The notes: generated by a model from the letters alone, not told the origin. Shown: positions 39,495 through 50,033, counted from the stretch's first letter. The stretch is 64,000 nt of DNA from a bacterium (GCA_965204535.1 CBDBEV010000001.1:96001-160000), one strand, 5' to 3'. Program-made: numbers and translations.

Positions 39495-40862
39495 TTATGA
39501 AAAAAGAAACAAACGAGCGATGTTAAAGTAAACCAAAAGTCCCAGGACATCGACCCCGGTCGTGACGAAAGGCCCCGTCGCCACGGCGGGGTCCACCCGA
39601 AAACGATGAAGCAGCAACGGCAAAAACGAGGCCAGAAGGGCAGAGAACATCATCACCACGCATATCGCAAGACCCACGACGAAACCCAACCAGGCGACGG
39701 AGTCGAACTGGTACGTTGCCAACAACCCCAACAACAAGCCATAGCAAATGCCCAGAAGCGTCCCGACGGCCACCTCTTTCGAGATGACGCGAAGCCATGA
39801 TTTGGGATCGATGCGCCCTGTCGCCAAGCCACGCACCACGATGGTCGCGCTCTGTGTGCCCACGTTGCCCGCCATGCCGATGATAACCGGCATGAACGCG
39901 GCGAGAGCCACTATTTTACTCAATTGGTCTGAGTACTGATGGATCAACTGGGCGGCGAGAATGCCCCCCAGCCAACTGAAGAACAGCCAGGGTAAACGAA
40001 TCCACGCAAGGCGCCTTGCGGAAAGCGACGTCACCTCATCCTGATAGGAGTGCGTCCCCGCCATTTTCAGGATGTCCTCGGTCGCCTCTTCTCTGATGAC
40101 GTCGAGCACGTCATCCACCGTGATGATTCCGACCAGGACGTTGTCGTCATCCACAACGGGTATGGCCAAAATGTTGTAGCGAGAGACGACGCGTGCGACG
40201 TGCTCCTGGTCGGCATGTACGTTTTCGCTCCAGACGTTGGTAATCATGATTTCGGACAAGCTTTTGGACGGATCCGCCAGCAAGAGTTGACGAAGAGTAA
40301 TCACCCCTCTCAGGCAACCATTCGAATCGATGACGTACACATAGAATATATAGTCCACCTCGCTGGCTTTCCGTACCTGGGAGATGGCCTCATTCACAGT
40401 AAGCTCCTCGGGAAGAGCCACATAGGAATCCGTCATGATGGCGCCGGCGGTTTCCGGCATATACGCCATCATGTCCTGTATCGCCTCTGTTTCCGGCGCA
40501 TCGAGGAGCGCAACTATTTCCTGGGAACGCTCATCTGGCAGGGTTTCGAGAATGTATCTCGCGTCGTCGCTGTCCAATTCCTTGATCAGTGGGACGACGT
40601 CCTGGTTCGACACCGGCTCCAGGAGTTCCCGTACGATGTGAGAATCCGATTCCGTCAGAATGGAGGCGCGGTGCTCACGATTTTGGACGAGGGAAAACGC
40701 TTCCTGGCGTTCTTCGGGCAGGAAATGCTGAAAAATCTGCGCCACTTCGGCCGCGTGCATTTTTTCCAGCGCATTGGAAAGATTGGCGTCGGCCTTATGC
40801 CTTAAAAGCCGACGCACCATGTCTTCTACGCGAAGAAGTCTCGGATCACGCTCGTTTACCAT
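39495..40862 (-). CDS. mgtE: Magnesium transporter MgtE
   Basis: N-domain, CBS pair, GMAGNVGTQS and DPAVATGPFVTT..D motifs. Confidence 0.95.
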   Translation of the reverse strand: MVNERDPRLLRVEDMVRRLLRHKADANLSNALEKMHAAEVAQIFQHFLPEERQEAFSLVQNREHRASILTESDSHIVRELLEPVSNQDVVPLIKELDSDDARYILETLPDERSQEIVALLDAPETEAIQDMMAYMPETAGAIMTDSYVALPEELTVNEAISQVRKASEVDYIFYVYVIDSNGCLRGVITLRQLLLADPSKSLSEIMITNVWSENVHADQEHVARVVSRYNILAIPVVDDDNVLVGIITVDDVLDVIREEATEDILKMAGTHSYQDEVTSLSARRLAWIRLPWLFFSWLGGILAAQLIHQYSDQLSKIVALAAFMPVIIGMAGNVGTQSATIVVRGLATGRIDPKSWLRVISKEVAVGTLLGICYGLLLGLLATYQFDSVAWLGFVVGLAICVVMMFSALLASFLPLLLHRFRVDPAVATGPFVTTGVDVLGLLVYFNIARLFLFS

Positions 40863-41058
40863 GGCTGATCCCCAAATAATCAAGCAAACATGGCGTCCAA
40901 AGGGCGTAGAGTCTATTGAACACTATGGGGAGTGTCAATCATCTTGTGTTAGGGGCAAACTTAGCATATCTTGGTGGCAGATCGTCGTTTATGCTATGGG
41001 AAAAATCGCTGGCGCAGTTCCTTCATTTTCGCCCATTTGATTTGGGGAGTACCTTACC

Positions 41059-42774
41059 ATCGCTAGACTTCATGGTCGCCTCACCGGGCTGAAGCCTAAG
41101 CAAATGAAAGTTTTGGAAAGGCTTTACCGCCGCAAAATTCCACCCGGTCAATTCATTCATTTAGAGCTTGGCCGCGAACTGGCATTTTTATCTCATGAAA
41201 TCTCGCGTCAAATCGGTTTGCTCATCGATCGGCTCGGCGTCGTCCGCTACGTGATCATCGGCGATGCGCGAGGAATCGAGATCCCGGAACTGGGCCGCGC
41301 ACGGGCCGGAACGGCCAGACTCAGAGGCCTTCGGTGCGTACACACCCACTTAAACGCCTCCCCGTTATCCCAGGAAGACCTGACGGATATGGCCCTCCTC
41401 CGCCTCGACGCCATGGGAGTCATTGAAGTCGTGGATGACGGGAATACGGGCCACTTCCAATTCGCCCACATTACACCCCGGCCTCCTGACGAGAGTGGGC
41501 AAGCCAACGGCCACTTGACCTTAGCGAAGAATCGCGCTCCATGGGAAATCCAGTCGTTCCCGAATCTCGAATCGACCCGAATCGACATCGAGGCCCTCAT
41601 CAACTCTCTTGAGAGTGAGTTCGCCCGACTACAGAAAACATCCATTGAACTCGAAGAGGGTGAGCGCGCCATATTGGTGCATCTCGATACCGGGCAGAAC
41701 TCGAACCGCTCCCCTGAGACCGAGTTCGAGGAATTGTCCCTTCTCACACGTGAGGCCGGTTTCATCCCCTGCGGGCAAATTTTGCAACGCCGAAAGAAGC
41801 CGGACCCTCGCTTCGTCATTGGCAAAGGCCGGCTGGCTGAGGTCCTCATGAACTCGATGCAGGTGGGAGCCGAAGCCCTGTTCTTCTCCAGCGAGTTGAC
41901 GCCCTCGCAAATCAAGAATTTATCCGAATTCACCGATCTGAAAATCCTTGACCGGACGCAGATCATCCTTGACATTTTCGCCCAAAGAGCAAAGAGCCGC
42001 GTGGGAAAACTTCAGGTGGAGTTGGCGTTGTTGCGATATACGCTGCCCCGAATCTCCTCCCAACACACGGCCTTGAGCAGACTCACCGGCGGCATCGGCG
42101 GCAGGGGGCCGGGCGAAACGAAGCTGGAAATTCATCGCCGTCGCGCGTTCGAGCGCATTCGCAGAGTGGAGAAAGAACTCGAAAATTTACAAAAAAAACG
42201 CTCTCAGGGGAGGAGGCTGCGCCAGCGTCGCCAAGTGCCGATTCTCTCCCTCGTGGGCTACACCAACGCGGGGAAATCCACATTGCTGAACGCTTTAACG
42301 AACAGCAAGATCATGGCTGAAGATCGACTCTTCGCCACCCTGGACACATCGAGCCGAAGACTCAGACTCCCGCGCGAGCAGGAAGTCATCATCACCGATA
42401 CCGTCGGTTTCATTCGCGACCTCCCTCAGGAGTTGATAGGAGCGTTCCACTCGACATTGGAGGAACTGAGCGAAGCGGACCTTCTCCTTCACGTGATCGA
42501 CGCCTCTTCTCAGCATTGTGAGGACAACCTTCTTGCCGTGGAGAAAATCCTGGATGAGATTGGACTGAAAGGCACGCCTCTCATTCGGGTTTTCAACAAA
42601 ATGGACCAGACGGATGACATCCGTCTGGCCAATCTGTGTCGTCGATTCAACGGTATCCCCGTAAGCGGCATAGACGCCGAAAGCCTTATCCCCCTAGTGG
42701 AGGAGGCAGCCCGCCGCCTATTGAGCATGGACAGACAAGATGAAACGCCTGAATTCGAGCAAATCGCAAACTGA
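41059..42774 (+). CDS. hflX: GTPase HflX (long N-terminal type), probable non-canonical ATC start at 41059 (first ATG 41104)
   Basis: ILDIFAQRA..GKLQVELA, GPGETKLE, VGYTNAGKSTL, LFATLD and TDTVGFI motifs. Confidence 0.93.
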   Translation: MARLHGRLTGLKPKQMKVLERLYRRKIPPGQFIHLELGRELAFLSHEISRQIGLLIDRLGVVRYVIIGDARGIEIPELGRARAGTARLRGLRCVHTHLNASPLSQEDLTDMALLRLDAMGVIEVVDDGNTGHFQFAHITPRPPDESGQANGHLTLAKNRAPWEIQSFPNLESTRIDIEALINSLESEFARLQKTSIELEEGERAILVHLDTGQNSNRSPETEFEELSLLTREAGFIPCGQILQRRKKPDPRFVIGKGRLAEVLMNSMQVGAEALFFSSELTPSQIKNLSEFTDLKILDRTQIILDIFAQRAKSRVGKLQVELALLRYTLPRISSQHTALSRLTGGIGGRGPGETKLEIHRRRAFERIRRVEKELENLQKKRSQGRRLRQRRQVPILSLVGYTNAGKSTLLNALTNSKIMAEDRLFATLDTSSRRLRLPREQEVIITDTVGFIRDLPQELIGAFHSTLEELSEADLLLHVIDASSQHCEDNLLAVEKILDEIGLKGTPLIRVFNKMDQTDDIRLANLCRRFNGIPVSGIDAESLIPLVEEAARRLLSMDRQDETPEFEQIAN

Positions 42775-43432
42775 TTTCTATTCTGCAAGAAAACTTATTC
42801 TTTTATCCGCTGTGTTGCTGAGCTTTCTGGCCGGGGGTTGTACCGGAAGCGGCTTTTCTTCACAAGAAATTTGGGAGAAGACGAAATCCACTGCTTGGTC
42901 CGCATACTTCAAGACCCAGCGAGCCGTTACGAATACGCTGATCACGATCGGAAATTATCAGCGGAACCACGCATACGGACGAAATGACACCGAAGAAAAA
43001 CAACCTGCAAACGATAAAAGTACTGAAGATAAAAAAAGCCCCGCAGTCCGTCTTCCTGAAACGCCACGCTCGCAGGATCGGTTCCCATCCAGAACTCCTG
43101 CTGCAGTGGAGGAAAACCTGAGGCCTGGCCAAGCCCGGCAAACGTCCAGGGAAATTACGCGAAATACAACCTCAAAAGAAATGCCTTTGCCGCCACGTAC
43201 GACGATGACTCTCGAAGAATTGCGAGAACGCATTCGAGATATCGAACGACAGCAAATCCGCTCAAGAAATCCTTCGGAAAGACGCAGGCTGGCTGCCGAA
43301 GCGAGAGAATTGGAGCGAACGCTACTCACTTACCAAAAAGAAGAAAACATCATCGAGGAAATGACTCAATTACGCCGCCGGTTGATAAAACTACAAGAAG
43401 ATTTGCTCGATATTGAACAAACCAATCGCTAG
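42740..43432 (+). CDS. Hypothetical lipoprotein with C-terminal coiled coil
   Basis: Hydrophobic stretch ending LAGGC (lipobox-like), polar linker and heptad-rich tail. No family recognised. Confidence 0.55.
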   Translation: MKRLNSSKSQTDFYSARKLILLSAVLLSFLAGGCTGSGFSSQEIWEKTKSTAWSAYFKTQRAVTNTLITIGNYQRNHAYGRNDTEEKQPANDKSTEDKKSPAVRLPETPRSQDRFPSRTPAAVEENLRPGQARQTSREITRNTTSKEMPLPPRTTMTLEELRERIRDIERQQIRSRNPSERRRLAAEARELERTLLTYQKEENIIEEMTQLRRRLIKLQEDLLDIEQTNR

Positions 43433-45430
43433 AGGGTCGGGCTAGTTCAAAGAATTGCCCGATACTATCACCAGGCATTCTTTGCTGGGCTTCATAAAAT
43501 GACACGCGGCTTCTCTTACGGAATCCATATCCACTTGTTCAATCTGCCGCTTTGTTTCTTCAAGCGTTTCCCATCCTAGTCCATGAACGAATCTACCCGC
43601 CAAGTCGGCTGCCCTCACGTAGGCCCTCTGATAAGTGCGATGCAATCCGCCGACGATATAAGCCTTCGCTCGTTCGAATTCCTCTTCGCCAAGCCCCTCC
43701 GCGCTAATGCGGGCAATTTCTTGCCGCATGAGATCAACCACGAGCTTTTCCTTGCCCGCAGGCGTGGCCGCATACATCGAAATCGGGCCCGGGTCTAGAG
43801 ACTCGTGCGAGGAAACGCTCACATCGTAGGCAAGCCCGCGCTTTTCCCTCAACTCAAGGAAGAATCCTCCGCCCTGACTCCCCAATGCAGCTGTTATAAT
43901 GGCAAGCGCATGTCTGGCCGGATCATGAAAAGTCGTTCCCAGAAACGACATATGAATATGGCTTTGCGAAGCTCCTTCGAGCGTGTATGAACGAAACCGT
44001 TTTCTGGAGGGAGTTCCAGGCGGTGCAGGCCGAGAAATGAGTGTTTCCCGGTAAGCGCTTGCGGCCCAAGGCTTGAGCATTTTGGGGAGACGTTCTTCCA
44101 GATACGAAACATCAAAATTGCCGGCCATCGCGACGACAAGATCCGCAGGCGATGTCCTTTTGCGCCATTCTCGCCTCAACGCCCTCTGATTAAAGGCGGC
44201 CATCGTCTTGGAAGTCCCAAGTGGATGACGGCCCAATGGATGTTTGCCATACAAGAGTTGATATCCCTTGAGCCGACACCATTGCCCCAAGTCATCGAGT
44301 TCGCTGTCGCGCTCCGCATTAAGTTCCGTGCGAGTGAATTCAACATCTTCCTCATCAAAAGCGGGCGCAGATAAGAGTTCCACGAATCTTTCCATTACTT
44401 CGGGTAAAACCGCGCTGAGGCCGGAAGCCGTCAGCCCAAAAGTATTTCGCCCCGAAAATCCATCCATACTGGCGCCCAAACCTTCCACTTCTTTGGTATG
44501 AATGAACGATGGACATCTCTCCGTCGCCATGGGGGCGACGGACATCATCAGGGCGTGAAGTCCAGCTAGACGGGCGGGTTCATTTCTTTGCCCTCCAGGG
44601 AATACGGCGCGTAAAGAGAAAACGCGCGGGCCGCCATCCGGGAGCATAACCAACCGCCCGCCACCCGGAAGCTGTCTCTCCATCGGTGTGTTCTTGACTC
44701 CGGAGCGCCTCGTATTTTTGAGGCAGCTTCTTTTTTGTGAAACGGAGCGGGTGCGACTAGACACGGCTGATTTCTCCGCTGTGCCCTGGTTTCGATTCGC
44801 GTCATTTCGTTTTCGCTCAAGATGATTTTCGAATCCGCTCCATATCGCATTTCGAATCCTTCGCACGCCGACTCGCGGCGCTTCTCCCTTGGGGAAGAAT
44901 ACGCCCGCTGTCAATCTTGATGGTGACAGATAGCGCCTCGCTACGTCCGATACGTCATTCGCGTCTACCTCCATCACCTTCTTCATGTACTTGAAATGAT
45001 AATTCGGGTCTCCGGTAATCAGTTCGGAATAGCCCGCCACGCGAGCGCGGCCCGTCATGCCCTCTCGCCTGAATTCCAGACCCGTCAGATAATTCATGCG
45101 CACTCTATCCAATTCATCTGGGCTTACGGTCTTCTCCTCGAAAATTTGTTTCGCTACCTGGAGGATTTGCTCGATGGCCTTCTCGATGTTTCCCGGTGCC
45201 GCGTATCCGCCCAGGAAAAACAGACCCGGCCCTCCGGAAAGATAGACATCGGTTGAAACGTCGAACATCAGCGACGTGTTCATACAAAGATGTTCATACA
45301 GGCGGGAGCTTTCGCCTGCTCCCAGGACGATGCCGAGCACCTCAAGCACGGGAGCGTCCCGGTGCGTCAGGGGAGGAATTTCAAAAGCGAGTTCCACGTG
45401 CGCCGTTCCCGAACGGCCGCGCCGCACGAC

Positions 45431-47212
45431 GAGACTGTGAAAGTATTCCCACGATTCTGGTGGGTGACGCTGGCGAGCGATGCCCGGGTTGTCTGTACAT
45501 GCTATCTTTACCGGTGAGTGAGATAACCACATAAAGGGTCACCACCATGTCCGAGAGACGTTATCAGGAGGTGCAGTCCCGAAGCCAGATGATGCTGCTT
45601 CCGCCGTGTCTGGACGACTACGTGTCCGAGCACAATGCGGTGCGCGCGATCGATGCGTTCGTCGGCACGCTGGACCTGGAGGCGCTGGGGTTCGCGCATG
45701 CCGAAGCGAACTGCGGCGCCGGTCAGCCGGCTTTCGACCCGGCGCTGCTGCTGAAGCTGTATCTGTACGGCTACCAGCACCGGGTACGGAGTTCGCGCCG
45801 TCTCGAAGCGGAGACGCGGCGCAATCTGGAAGTGATCTGGCTGTGCCAGGGTGCGACGCCGAGCTACAAGACGATTGCGGATTTTCGCAAGAACAATGTG
45901 GCTGCGCTGCAGGAGGCCAACCGGGAGTTCGTGCTGCTGTGCCGCGAACTCTCGCTGCTGGGCGGCAGCCGGGTGGCGGTCGACGGGACTTTTTTGAAGG
46001 CCGATGCGAACCTGGACAGCTTCCAAACCAAGCGGTCCCTGGCAAGGGACCTGAGGCGTTTGGAGAAGAGGATTGCGGCGTATCACCGGCAGTTGGACGA
46101 GGCGGATGCGCGCGGGGAGGAGTGTGGGGACGGTTCGGAGGATCCGGACCTGCCGGTGAAGCTCAAGGCCTTGATCGAGAGGCAACAAAAGAAGAAGGCA
46201 CTGCAAGAGCATTTGCAGGAAAGCGGAGAGCGTCAGGTATCGGGGGTCGATGCAGATGCTCGACTTCTGAGGAACGGCGATATAATGGTGGGCGGATACA
46301 ACTGCCAGATCGCGGTGGACGACAAGCACAAGCTGATTGTCGCGGAGGATGTGGTGCAGGACGGCAATGACTCCGCTCAGTTGGAGCCGATGATGACGAA
46401 AGCCGGCGAAGCCATGGGCAGCGAACGCCTGGTCGGCCTGGCGGATTCGGGCTACTTCAACGGCGCACAGTTGAAGAGTTGCGAAGACAAGGGAATGGAG
46501 GTGTATGTTCCGATACCGAACCAGACGGCCCGCAAGGGCAAGGACGGACGATTCGGCAGCGATGAATTCCGTTACGATGCGCAGGATGACACGTATGTCT
46601 GTCCGGCCGGAGAGCGTCTGGTTCGAGGCGGCACGACCACCGTCAGGGGCAGGCTGTATTACTTTTATCGCGGGACGGCGGCGGTTTGCCGGGACTGTTC
46701 GTTGTCGGGCCGATGCCTGACAAAGTCGAGATCGACGCGCAGGATACAACGCTGGGAGCATGAGGACGTGGTGGACCGGCATCGCAAGAAGATGAACGCC
46801 CGTGTGCCATTGATGCGCGGGCGAAGCACACTCGTCGAACATCCATTCGGTACGATCAAGCGCTGGGCGGGGATGGATCATTTTGTGATGCGCGGACTCG
46901 GCAAATGCCGCGGCGAATTCAGCCTGATGACGCTGGGTTACAACTTCAAGCGGGTCATGCGTGTGCTGGGCGGAGCTGCATTTGTGGAGCATTGTCTGCA
47001 AAAACAGCGGTTGGGGACGAATGGCGTGTGAACTTGAAGCCGATTCTTCGAGGACTTGACCGCGACCCCGAGCTGACCGGCCGCCGAGACGTTTCTCTCC
47101 CGGCTCTGCGGTGTTGTTGCTCCCGAAGTTGAAGACAGTGTCCGGCCATCGGGCTGCAAGCGTAAGCGAGCCCTGTTCCGGAGACTGTGAAATCCAATAC
47201 TCTCACAGTCTC
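45431..47212 (+). mobile_element. IS1182-family insertion sequence, 1782 bp
   Basis: Terminal IRs GAGACTGTGAAAGTATT and GAGACTGTGAGAGTATT (16/17), with 5-bp TSD ACGAC at 45426-45430 and 47213-47217. Confidence 0.93.
45547..47031 (+). CDS. IS1182 family DDE transposase
   Basis: LLKLYLYGY..RSSRRLE, TIADFRK, VDGT, GYNCQ, ADSGY and VEHPFGTIK motifs. Confidence 0.93.
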   Translation: MSERRYQEVQSRSQMMLLPPCLDDYVSEHNAVRAIDAFVGTLDLEALGFAHAEANCGAGQPAFDPALLLKLYLYGYQHRVRSSRRLEAETRRNLEVIWLCQGATPSYKTIADFRKNNVAALQEANREFVLLCRELSLLGGSRVAVDGTFLKADANLDSFQTKRSLARDLRRLEKRIAAYHRQLDEADARGEECGDGSEDPDLPVKLKALIERQQKKKALQEHLQESGERQVSGVDADARLLRNGDIMVGGYNCQIAVDDKHKLIVAEDVVQDGNDSAQLEPMMTKAGEAMGSERLVGLADSGYFNGAQLKSCEDKGMEVYVPIPNQTARKGKDGRFGSDEFRYDAQDDTYVCPAGERLVRGGTTTVRGRLYYFYRGTAAVCRDCSLSGRCLTKSRSTRRIQRWEHEDVVDRHRKKMNARVPLMRGRSTLVEHPFGTIKRWAGMDHFVMRGLGKCRGEFSLMTLGYNFKRVMRVLGGAAFVEHCLQKQRLGTNGV

Positions 47213-48047
47213 ACGACGATGCGCGGCCCCGGTTTCAGGGGGGTCGGCCGGGGAACTTTCGGCATTTTCCTTCCCTGAAGTTTCGGCCATTTGGCGAAAA
47301 AATTTTTTCGCCTCTTTATCAAAATGGATTTTACCCGGGGAACGTCGAAAGCTCCGGCAAACACCAAGACGGCGGATGAAGGCGGATAGAATTGCTTGTG
47401 ATATTTCTTCAACTCTGCCGCGCCAATGTTCTTGAGCGTCTGCCGCGTACCCAGAATGGCGCGGCCGTAAGGATGCCGGGGGCCGTAAGCTTCACGATAA
47501 AGGTGATATTGAAGCACCTGGTCAGGCTGTTCATAGGTGCGGTTCCATTCGGAAAGAATGACCTGTCTTTCCTGGCGAACTTCGCTATCCTCAAACCGAG
47601 GCCACCAAAGCGCATCGAGTAGCGCTTCCAGGCATTCTTCAAATTTATCCGGCATCGATATCAAATCGTAATGAGTGGATTCATTCGTCGTATAGGCGTT
47701 GATGTCCCCTCCGGAAGACTCGGCCAAAGAGGCGAGTTCCCCTACTTCCAGATTTTCCGAACCCTTGAATATCATGTGCTCCAGAAAATGGGAGATACCC
47801 TCAAGCTGGTCCGTTTCTGTGAGACTGCCGACGCGAAACCATGCCTGCACGCTCACGGCGGGAGCGGTGGAGTCCGGCAGAAAAAGACAGGCAGGGCCAC
47901 CCTTCATCCGGTAGACGAGAGGTTTTTTGTCTTCAGAAAACGCTTCACTCGCGTCGTTTGGAAATTTCTTGAACATTATCGAAACAGGCTCACTCCTGGC
48001 CAAGACGACCAATCCGACGTGCAGTCAATCTGAAAGCGCCGAATCCC

Positions 48048-48075
48048 TTGACTTCTAGTGAGCGGAGCGTATCAT
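48048..48075 (+). promoter_or_regulatory. Putative sigma70 promoter for the ferredoxin-UxaA operon
   Basis: TTGACT, 16-nt spacer, TATCAT. Confidence 0.45.
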
Positions 48076-48175
48076 CCTCCTCTGGCAAAGTCATTCAGGG
48101 ATGATGTTGGAAGATTCTGAAACCTCGCTCTGAGAAATTCCAAAAGAAACCACCATATTCGAAAAGAGGATAATT

Positions 48176-48517
48176 GTGGAACATATTAAAAGACATGTTT
48201 TCGTCTGCATCAATCAACGCCCGCCCACTCATCCGATGGGCTGTTGTCAGAGCAAGGGCAGTATCGAAGTCGCGCAAGCGATAACAGAGGCAATAGGCTC
48301 GAATGATGAACTCGCTGCGGATACAGCCATGGCCGGCGCCACTTGCCTGGGTCCGTGCACGATGGGTCCCACCCTGGTCGTTTACCCGGAGGGGGTCTGG
48401 TACACGGGCGTAACGGTGGAAGACGTTCCTGAACTTATCGAGGAGCATCTGAAAAACGGACGCCCCGTCGAGCGGCTGCGGTTGAGGCTCCCCGGAAATG
48501 TCGGCGACGACGACTAG
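48176..48517 (+). CDS. Thioredoxin-like [2Fe-2S] ferredoxin
   Basis: HVFVC..C...CLGPC..GP..VVYPEGVWY motif. Confidence 0.92.
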   Translation: MEHIKRHVFVCINQRPPTHPMGCCQSKGSIEVAQAITEAIGSNDELAADTAMAGATCLGPCTMGPTLVVYPEGVWYTGVTVEDVPELIEEHLKNGRPVERLRLRLPGNVGDDD

Positions 48518-48538
48518 ACTCGCCATGGAGAGCCCCTG

Positions 48539-48811
48539 ATGAGCCGAGCGCTGGTGATGCACCCGAAAGACAACGTGGCCACGGTGCTCGAGGACATCTC
48601 CCCCGAGCAGAGTGTAGAAATCGAAGGCGATGATAAGACACTTACGCTTTCCGCAACGCAAGCGATTCCTTTCGGACACAAAATCGCGCTGCGCAAGATC
48701 CGCTCAAACGCAAAAGTGCTCAAATACGGCGAGGTCATCGGCACTGCCACACAAGAGATATCCGCCGGCAGTCACGTTCACGTCCATAACATCAAGAGCA
48801 CCAGGGGTTAG
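48539..48811 (+). CDS. UxaA/SuyA-like small subunit (SAF domain)
   Basis: DNVAT, IPFGHKIAL, KYGEVIG and HVHVHN motifs. Confidence 0.88.
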   Translation: MSRALVMHPKDNVATVLEDISPEQSVEIEGDDKTLTLSATQAIPFGHKIALRKIRSNAKVLKYGEVIGTATQEISAGSHVHVHNIKSTRG

Positions 48812-48813
48812 GT

Positions 48814-49992
48814 TTGGCCCGTAAAAGAGGCACTCCTACCTTCCGGGGCTACAGGAGACCTGAAGGCCCTCCGGGCGGCCGGAATCATCTTGCCATCGTC
48901 AGCGGAATGGACAATTCCAACCCCATCGTCCGCAGAATCGGCGGGCTTGTGCGAGACGCCACGCCCGTCAACACCTCGTTCGGACGCGCCCTGATGGGTG
49001 AGGACGAGGCGCAGCATTGGCGGGTCATGGGGCACACCGCCGCCCACCCGAACGTAGGGGCCGCCATTATCGTAAGCCTCGAGCCAAAAAGCGCCAACGC
49101 CATCGCGGAAGTAGCCGCGAGAACATCTCCGTGGATGCCCATAGAAGCCGTGAACATTCAGGAGATCGGGGGCACGCTCAGCACCACTTCGCACGTCGTG
49201 GAACTCGCCACGAAACTCTCCGCCCATCTTGCATCCGCCAAGCGCGCCCGCTGTGAACTGGACGAACTCACCATCGGGGCCGAATGCGGCGGTTCGGATA
49301 CGACCAGCGGCGTCATCTCGAACCCTGTGACGGGCATGGTCGCCGACAGGGTCGTGGAAGCGGGAGGTTCGGTCATTTTTTCCGAAACCCTGGAAATCGT
49401 AGGTGCCGAGCATCTTCTCGCCCGCCGGGCCGCGGACAGAAAAACAGCGCGGAGAATCATCGATTCCGCAAGGCGCGCCGTCGATTATGCCGAAAGCATC
49501 GGTGTCGATTTCATCGGTTCGAATCCAGCACCGGACAACATTCGGGGTGGTCTATCGTCCATTGAGGAAAAAAGCCTGGGAGCCGTCAAGAAAGCGGGGA
49601 GCCATCCCATCGTCGAGGTCATCGGCGTGGGTGAACGCCCGAAGAAAAAAGGCACCATCTTCGCTGACGCTCCCTGCGCGGGCGTGGAGAACATATCCTC
49701 CCTGGCGGCCAGCGGGGCGCAGGCGATTATCTTCTCGACCGGAATCGGCAATCCCATCGGGCATCCTGTCTCTCCTACCATCAAGGTGACGGGCAATCCC
49801 CGAACCGCGCGGACGATGTCCGAGAACATCGACGTGGATATCAGCGGCGTCATGGAGGGGACGATGCGCATAGATGAGGCGAGGGATATGCTCGAAAAAG
49901 AACTCATCGACGTGATGAGTGGAAAACTCACGGCATCGGAACTTCTGGGAGAAACCGAACTTACGGTCAGCCGGGCTGCGCTGAGCCTCTAA
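48814..49992 (+). CDS. UxaA/GarD/SuyB family dehydratase or lyase large subunit
   Basis: FRGYRR..RNH, HPNVG, ECGGSD, GGLSSIEEKSLG and FSTG.GNP motifs. Confidence 0.88.
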   Translation: MARKRGTPTFRGYRRPEGPPGGRNHLAIVSGMDNSNPIVRRIGGLVRDATPVNTSFGRALMGEDEAQHWRVMGHTAAHPNVGAAIIVSLEPKSANAIAEVAARTSPWMPIEAVNIQEIGGTLSTTSHVVELATKLSAHLASAKRARCELDELTIGAECGGSDTTSGVISNPVTGMVADRVVEAGGSVIFSETLEIVGAEHLLARRAADRKTARRIIDSARRAVDYAESIGVDFIGSNPAPDNIRGGLSSIEEKSLGAVKKAGSHPIVEVIGVGERPKKKGTIFADAPCAGVENISSLAASGAQAIIFSTGIGNPIGHPVSPTIKVTGNPRTARTMSENIDVDISGVMEGTMRIDEARDMLEKELIDVMSGKLTASELLGETELTVSRAALSL

Positions 49993-50033
49993 ACCTCTCT
50001 TCCCGACAACCCAAGCGCAGGGGAAAACCGCGC

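Larger units (their letters stand above)
43442..47976 (-). pseudogene. M16 (pitrilysin/PqqL) zinc peptidase interrupted by IS1182
   Basis: The 5' part carries SHFLEHMIFKG (HxxEH). The 3' part carries SSRLY and LREKRGLAY. Removing 45431-47217 restores an open frame ...GPRIVVRRGRSG... Confidence 0.9.

Noticed and set aside
43442-48012. Two M16 ORFs as a natural heterodimeric peptidase pair
   Set aside because: The IS ends and the ACGAC duplication show one gene interrupted, and it rejoins in frame.
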